A stretch of DNA of 64,000 nucleotides, taken from assembly GCA_039183535.1 (NCBI GenBank), contig JBCDBO010000011.1:1404-65403 (forward strand). The letters run 5' to 3'. Below, in pieces: positions 60,090 to 64,000 of the stretch (positions are counted from its first letter, which is position 1; every line of letters begins with the position of its first letter). The stretch comes from Pseudomonadota bacterium (GTDB taxonomy: Bacteria; Pseudomonadota; Gammaproteobacteria; Steroidobacterales; Woeseiaceae). The position numbers and the translations under genes are program-made. The notes under the pieces are model-generated. The model made no database searches and had not been told where the DNA came from. It saw only the letters and a program-made list of their open reading frames with translations.

Positions 60090-60611
60090 ATGATCGAGAA
60101 TTTTTTTCTCGCCATCCGCGACTTTATGGAGTTGGGTGGGCCGGTACTGAATTTTATCGCGCTCACCATCTTCGTAATGTGGATGCTCATAATCGAGCGA
60201 ATCCTGTTCTTTAACGGCGGATTACGGCGTATGACGGCCGACACCCAGCGGACGTGGGAGTCGCGGCCTGAGCGTAAGTCGTGGAATGCGCATCGCATTC
60301 GTGACGGATTGGTCTCGAAGGTCAACATGGCGGCCAACGACGGTTTGTCGATGATCAAGACTTTGGTGGCGCTGTGCCCACTGCTCGGTTTGCTGGGTAC
60401 GGTCACCGGCATGATCAGTGTGTTTGGCGTCATGGCGGCCTCAGGGTCCGGCAATGTTCGAGCGATGGCGGCAGGCGTATCGCAGGCTACGATCCCGACG
60501 ATGGCCGGCATGGTTGGCGCCTTGTCGGGCGTGTTGATGATCACGATCCTGTCGCGACGGGCGGAACGCGAAGTCGAGTTACTCGACGACTCGCTCACGA
60601 TGGACCATTAA
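60090..60611 (+). CDS. exbB: ExbB/TolQ-family proton channel
   Basis: 173 aa. CPLLGLLGTVTGMISVF. Confidence 0.85.
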   Translation: MIENFFLAIRDFMELGGPVLNFIALTIFVMWMLIIERILFFNGGLRRMTADTQRTWESRPERKSWNAHRIRDGLVSKVNMAANDGLSMIKTLVALCPLLGLLGTVTGMISVFGVMAASGSGNVRAMAAGVSQATIPTMAGMVGALSGVLMITILSRRAEREVELLDDSLTMDH

Positions 60612-60624
60612 TGGAGGCGCGATC

Positions 60625-61035
60625 ATGGGACGTAGCATAGGCAAGGCCCCCGGTGCGGAGGAGGGCAACGAGGGTGAAATTGATCTGACACCAATGCTCG
60701 ACGTTGTCTTCATCATGCTGATCTTTTTCATTGTGACCGCGACATTCATTAAAGAAGCGGGCATCGAAGTAGACCGGCCAAACGCGATTACGGCGGCCGC
60801 CAAAGACGCCAGTATTTTGGTGGCCATCGGTCCCGGTAATGAGATTTGGATTGACCGAAACGAGACAGACCCACGCTCACTCCGCGTCGATATCGAACGC
60901 TTATACGCCGAAAACCCGAAGGGGTCGGTCATCATTCAGGCGGACAAAGAGTCGAACCACGAAACGCTGGTGCAGGTGATGGAAGCTGCCCGTTTGGCTG
61001 GCGTCGAGAACGTCGCGATTTCAACGAATAAATAA
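60625..61035 (+). CDS. exbD: ExbD/TolR-family protein
   Basis: 136 aa. EIDLTPMLDVVFIMLIFFIVTATF. Confidence 0.88.
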   Translation: MGRSIGKAPGAEEGNEGEIDLTPMLDVVFIMLIFFIVTATFIKEAGIEVDRPNAITAAAKDASILVAIGPGNEIWIDRNETDPRSLRVDIERLYAENPKGSVIIQADKESNHETLVQVMEAARLAGVENVAISTNK

Positions 61036-61130
61036 CGGCTGTACGACTGGTGCTTGCATACCTAGAACTAAAAAGGTATACCTGTGGCAGGCATCGGTGC
61101 AACGCCGAAAAATAGGTTACAGGCGAAACC

Positions 61131-61553
61131 ATGCGCAGAGATATTGGGAAGTCGATTGCCGACGAGGAAGAAGAGAACGATATCAACCTAACACCGATGT
61201 TAGATGTGGTGTTTATCATGTTGATTTTCTTCATTGTTACTGCTTCTTTCGTCAAAGAATCGGGCCTCGACGTGAACAAGCCGCCGGATAGCGATATCCA
61301 GCAAAACGAGGAAGACAAGAACATCTTGATCTCCATTAACGCTAACGATGACGTCTACATCGCCCGCCGCTTGATCGACAAGCGGGCTATACGCGCCAAT
61401 ATTGAGCGCTTGCACGCGGAAAATCCGGAGGGCACCGTCGTCATTCAGGCACACGTCGCCTCAAGCAATAACGCGTTGGTTGAGGTGATGGATGCGTCGC
61501 GGCGGGCTGGTGTTTATAACGTTTCGATCGCGCAAGCGATCGGCGGTCAGTAA
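61131..61553 (+). CDS. exbD: ExbD/TolR-family protein (second copy)
   Basis: 140 aa. DINLTPMLDVVFIMLIFFIVTASF. Confidence 0.88.
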   Translation: MRRDIGKSIADEEEENDINLTPMLDVVFIMLIFFIVTASFVKESGLDVNKPPDSDIQQNEEDKNILISINANDDVYIARRLIDKRAIRANIERLHAENPEGTVVIQAHVASSNNALVEVMDASRRAGVYNVSIAQAIGGQ

Positions 61554-61605
61554 CGGAGTAGGAGCGCCGGCGACGGGGTTTCCGAGCAACGGCAGGAACT
61601 AGCAT

Positions 61606-62208
61606 ATGGCACGGTTTGGAATAGCGATATTGTCCGGTGTGGCAGTGACCATTGGCCTCCTTTGGCTGATGCAATTCCTTATTGCGAGTGGCGAGGACGC
61701 CATCGTCAAGAAAGAGGAACGCCACTTCTTGGATTTCGTGCGCGTTAAGCAGCAGGAAATCACAAACGTGGAGGAGCCGAAACCCGAGAAACCACCGAAG
61801 CCGGAGCAGCCGCCACCCGATATTCCGCCGCCGTCGCAAGATAACTTAAACCCGAACGCACAAACGGTATCGGTCGCCCCACCATCACTCGCTGGTGGGA
61901 CCGACATTGCTGGACCTGGCGCGCTCAGCTACTCCGACGGTGAGTACCTGCCGATTGTGCGCGTAGCGCCGATCTACCCGAACCGTGCTCTGTCGCGCGG
62001 CCTCGAGGGTTACGTCGATCTTATGTTTGTCGTAACTAGCGCTGGGACCGTGCGCGATCCAGTCGTCACGTTTTCGACGAGCAGTCTGTTCGAGCGTGCG
62101 GCGAAAAAAGCGGTTTTGAAGTTCAAATACAAGCCACGAATCGTCGACGGCACAGCTGTTGAGGTGGAAGGCGTCGAAACGCGCATTCGTTTCGAGCTCG
62201 AGAAATAA
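61606..62208 (+). CDS. tonB: Energy transducer TonB
   Basis: N-terminal TM anchor, Pro-rich spacer EEPKPEKPPKPEQPPPDIPPP, and a C-terminal TonB domain (PIYPNRALSRGLEGYVDLMFVVTSAGTV). Confidence 0.88.
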   Translation: MARFGIAILSGVAVTIGLLWLMQFLIASGEDAIVKKEERHFLDFVRVKQQEITNVEEPKPEKPPKPEQPPPDIPPPSQDNLNPNAQTVSVAPPSLAGGTDIAGPGALSYSDGEYLPIVRVAPIYPNRALSRGLEGYVDLMFVVTSAGTVRDPVVTFSTSSLFERAAKKAVLKFKYKPRIVDGTAVEVEGVETRIRFELEK

Positions 62209-62217
62209 GGAGCTGTT

Positions 62218-63534
62218 ATGAGCCAAGTAGCATCGATTTCTCGCACGTTGCGACTCGCCACGATCGCGACGGCGGCCATACTGACGTTTGGCGCACCGTT
62301 GGCGAATGCCCAGAAGGCCAATAAGCAGGCGGAACCTGAGCGAGCGACTAAAAAAGTCGAGTCGCTGTCGAAAGCCGTCTACGACAAACTTCTCAAAGCG
62401 CAGGAAGCGATCGACGGCAAAGACGTTGCTGGCGCGCTGCGTATTCTGAATGGTATCGACCGCAGTAAACTCAGCGGTTACGAGCAATCGAACCTCGACA
62501 ACTATTACGGGTTCGCGCATTACTCAAACGGCGACAATCGCAGTGCGCTGCGTTCCTACGAGGCGGTCGTCAACAATCCCGATACTGAGCCCAACATGCG
62601 TACGCAGGTGTTGTACACCGTCGCGTCGCTGCATGCACAAAACGAAAATTGGGATCAGACGATTCGTTATTTGAACGAGTGGTTCACGCTGACGATCAAC
62701 CCGACGCCGGCGGCGTACATATTGTTGGCATCGGCGTACCAGAGTAAGGGCGATTACCCGCAAACGATTAAGGCCACCACAACAGCTATCGACCTTGCCA
62801 AAGAAAAAGGCCAGCAGCCGAAAGAGAGCTGGTGGAACCTGCTCTACTACTCGTACTACCAGACCGAGAACTTCCCCAAAGTTCGCGATACGTTGAAGAT
62901 TTTGATCGCTGGCTGGCCGAAGAAGGCCTATTGGTTGCAGCTTGGTGCTGTGTATTCCGAGCTAGGCGATGAGAAGAACTTCTTGGCCGCGTACGAAGCT
63001 GCTTTCCTGCAAGGCATGCTCGAAAGCGAAAGCGAAATCGTAACGTACGCGCAACTACTGCTGCAGCAAGAGGTGCCTCACAAGGCAGCTGTCGTGCTCG
63101 ACAAAGGCATGACTGACGGCGTAATCACGAAGACTGCGAAGAACTACCGCTTGTTATCGCAAGCCTGGTCGTTGGCGCAAGAAGACGAGAAAGCGATTGG
63201 GCCGCTGACGCAGGCGGCCAAGCTGTCGGACGACGGCGAGCTGTATGCGCGCTTGGCCGTTAGCTACCTGAACTTAGATCGCTTCGACGATTGCGTAGGC
63301 GCGGGCCGGTCTGGGATCTCGAAAGGCGGACTCAAAAAGCCGATGGACGTTCGGATGACCGTTGGGCAGTGTCTCTACAACCAAGAAAAGTACAGTGCCT
63401 CGAAAGACGAGTTCCTGCGTGTCGTTCGTAACGGCAGTGACAAGGACAAACGCATCGCGCAGCAATGGGTGCGGGTTATCGACAGCGATATGGAGCGCTT
63501 AGCGCAGTTGCGTCGAGCACTTGCGTCGAACTGA
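62218..63534 (+). CDS. Exported TPR-repeat protein (TtpD-like, last gene of the TonB2-type cluster)
   Basis: Signal peptide ending LANA, then TPR-like repeats throughout. Confidence 0.7.
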   Translation: MSQVASISRTLRLATIATAAILTFGAPLANAQKANKQAEPERATKKVESLSKAVYDKLLKAQEAIDGKDVAGALRILNGIDRSKLSGYEQSNLDNYYGFAHYSNGDNRSALRSYEAVVNNPDTEPNMRTQVLYTVASLHAQNENWDQTIRYLNEWFTLTINPTPAAYILLASAYQSKGDYPQTIKATTTAIDLAKEKGQQPKESWWNLLYYSYYQTENFPKVRDTLKILIAGWPKKAYWLQLGAVYSELGDEKNFLAAYEAAFLQGMLESESEIVTYAQLLLQQEVPHKAAVVLDKGMTDGVITKTAKNYRLLSQAWSLAQEDEKAIGPLTQAAKLSDDGELYARLAVSYLNLDRFDDCVGAGRSGISKGGLKKPMDVRMTVGQCLYNQEKYSASKDEFLRVVRNGSDKDKRIAQQWVRVIDSDMERLAQLRRALASN

Positions 63535-63569
63535 TTCATAGCACCTGCTGCTAGCAGGCAGTACACTAC

Positions 63570-63604
63570 GCAGCGGCGCTATTTAGCGCCGCTGCGTTTT
63601 TTTG
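63570..63604 (+). terminator. Rho-independent terminator of the TonB2-type operon
   Basis: GCAGCGGCGC-tattta-GCGCCGCTGC followed by a T-run. Confidence 0.85.
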
Positions 63605-63626
63605 TTTGGGGAGTTTGGAATTAACC

Positions 63627-63947
63627 ATGCCCAAAATCATTTACGTCCAGAGGGATGGTTCGCGGGTCGAAGCCGACGTGAAAAGCGGCTACACCGTTAT
63701 GGAAGGCGCGGTCGATAATGGCGTCGACGGAATGCCTGCCGAGTGTGGCGGTGCCTGCGCATGTGCGACTTGTCACGGTTACATCGATGCCGCCTGGTTA
63801 GACAAGCTCCCACCTATGGACGACATGGAGGACAGCATGTTGGATATTGCGTACGAGCGTAAAGAAAACAGCCGTCTGACCTGCCAAATAGAAGTCAGCG
63901 ACGCGCTGAACGGCCTTGTTGTTCACGTTGGTGAGAACGAAGGCTAA
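63627..63947 (+). CDS. 2Fe-2S ferredoxin (adrenodoxin/putidaredoxin type)
   Basis: [11 protein letters not shown]...; cluster ligands in [15 protein letters not shown] and LTCQI. ATG at 63627 preferred over the upstream TTG at 63606. Confidence 0.85.
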   Translation: MPKIIYVQRDGSRVEADVKSGYTVMEGAVDNGVDGMPAECGGACACATCHGYIDAAWLDKLPPMDDMEDSMLDIAYERKENSRLTCQIEVSDALNGLVVHVGENEG

Positions 63948-63985
63948 GCCTTTTCGCACGTGTTAACGATCTAAGGAGATTTGAT

Positions 63986-64000
63986 ATGGCGATTTCTGCT
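63986..64000 (+). CDS. Start of an unidentified gene that runs off the window
   Basis: ATG at 63986, 7 nt after AAGGAG. Only five codons are visible. Confidence 0.3.

Overview
GC-rich chromosomal segment that looks gammaproteobacterial. I did not compute GC content and ran no database search, so every family call comes from reading motifs in the supplied translations.

Most of the window is conserved core metabolism and translation:
- galU, uvrB, and infC-rpmI-rplT-pheS-pheT-ihfA followed by a MerR gene and tRNA-Pro.
- A threonine-dehydratase-like gene, an FAD oxidase and ilvD.
- A fused aspartokinase/diaminopimelate decarboxylase.
- A complete hisGDCBHAFE operon led by a TrpR-like YerC/YecD gene.
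- A SAM-I riboswitch in front of three methionine genes (metY, metX and a MetB/MetZ-family gene).
- leuABCD-ilvC.
- A seven-gene TonB2-type energiser cluster and a 2Fe-2S ferredoxin.
- Three tRNAs: Asn-GTT, Val-GAC and Pro-GGG.

No integrase, transposase, phage gene or CRISPR array was seen.

The accessory content is concentrated in five places:
1. 3.2-12.6 kb: an ECF sigma factor and a TPR Ser/Thr kinase face a six-gene operon. The operon encodes five tandem paralogues of an unrecognised two-cysteine exported domain, then a 1160-aa secreted protein with a vWD domain and a GDPH motif. This is my best candidate for an undescribed system.
2. 14.3-20.2 kb: a second ECF sigma and TPR kinase pair sits next to an RCC1/PKD lipoprotein.
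3. 32.5-35.1 kb: a third Hanks-type kinase with a Calx-beta ectodomain is translationally coupled into a metabolic operon.
4. 28.7-30.0 kb: a lone gene resembling a class III nucleotidyl cyclase abuts tRNA-Pro.
5. 22.5-22.9 kb: two 212-bp tandem repeats each re-copy the 3' end of tRNA-Val.
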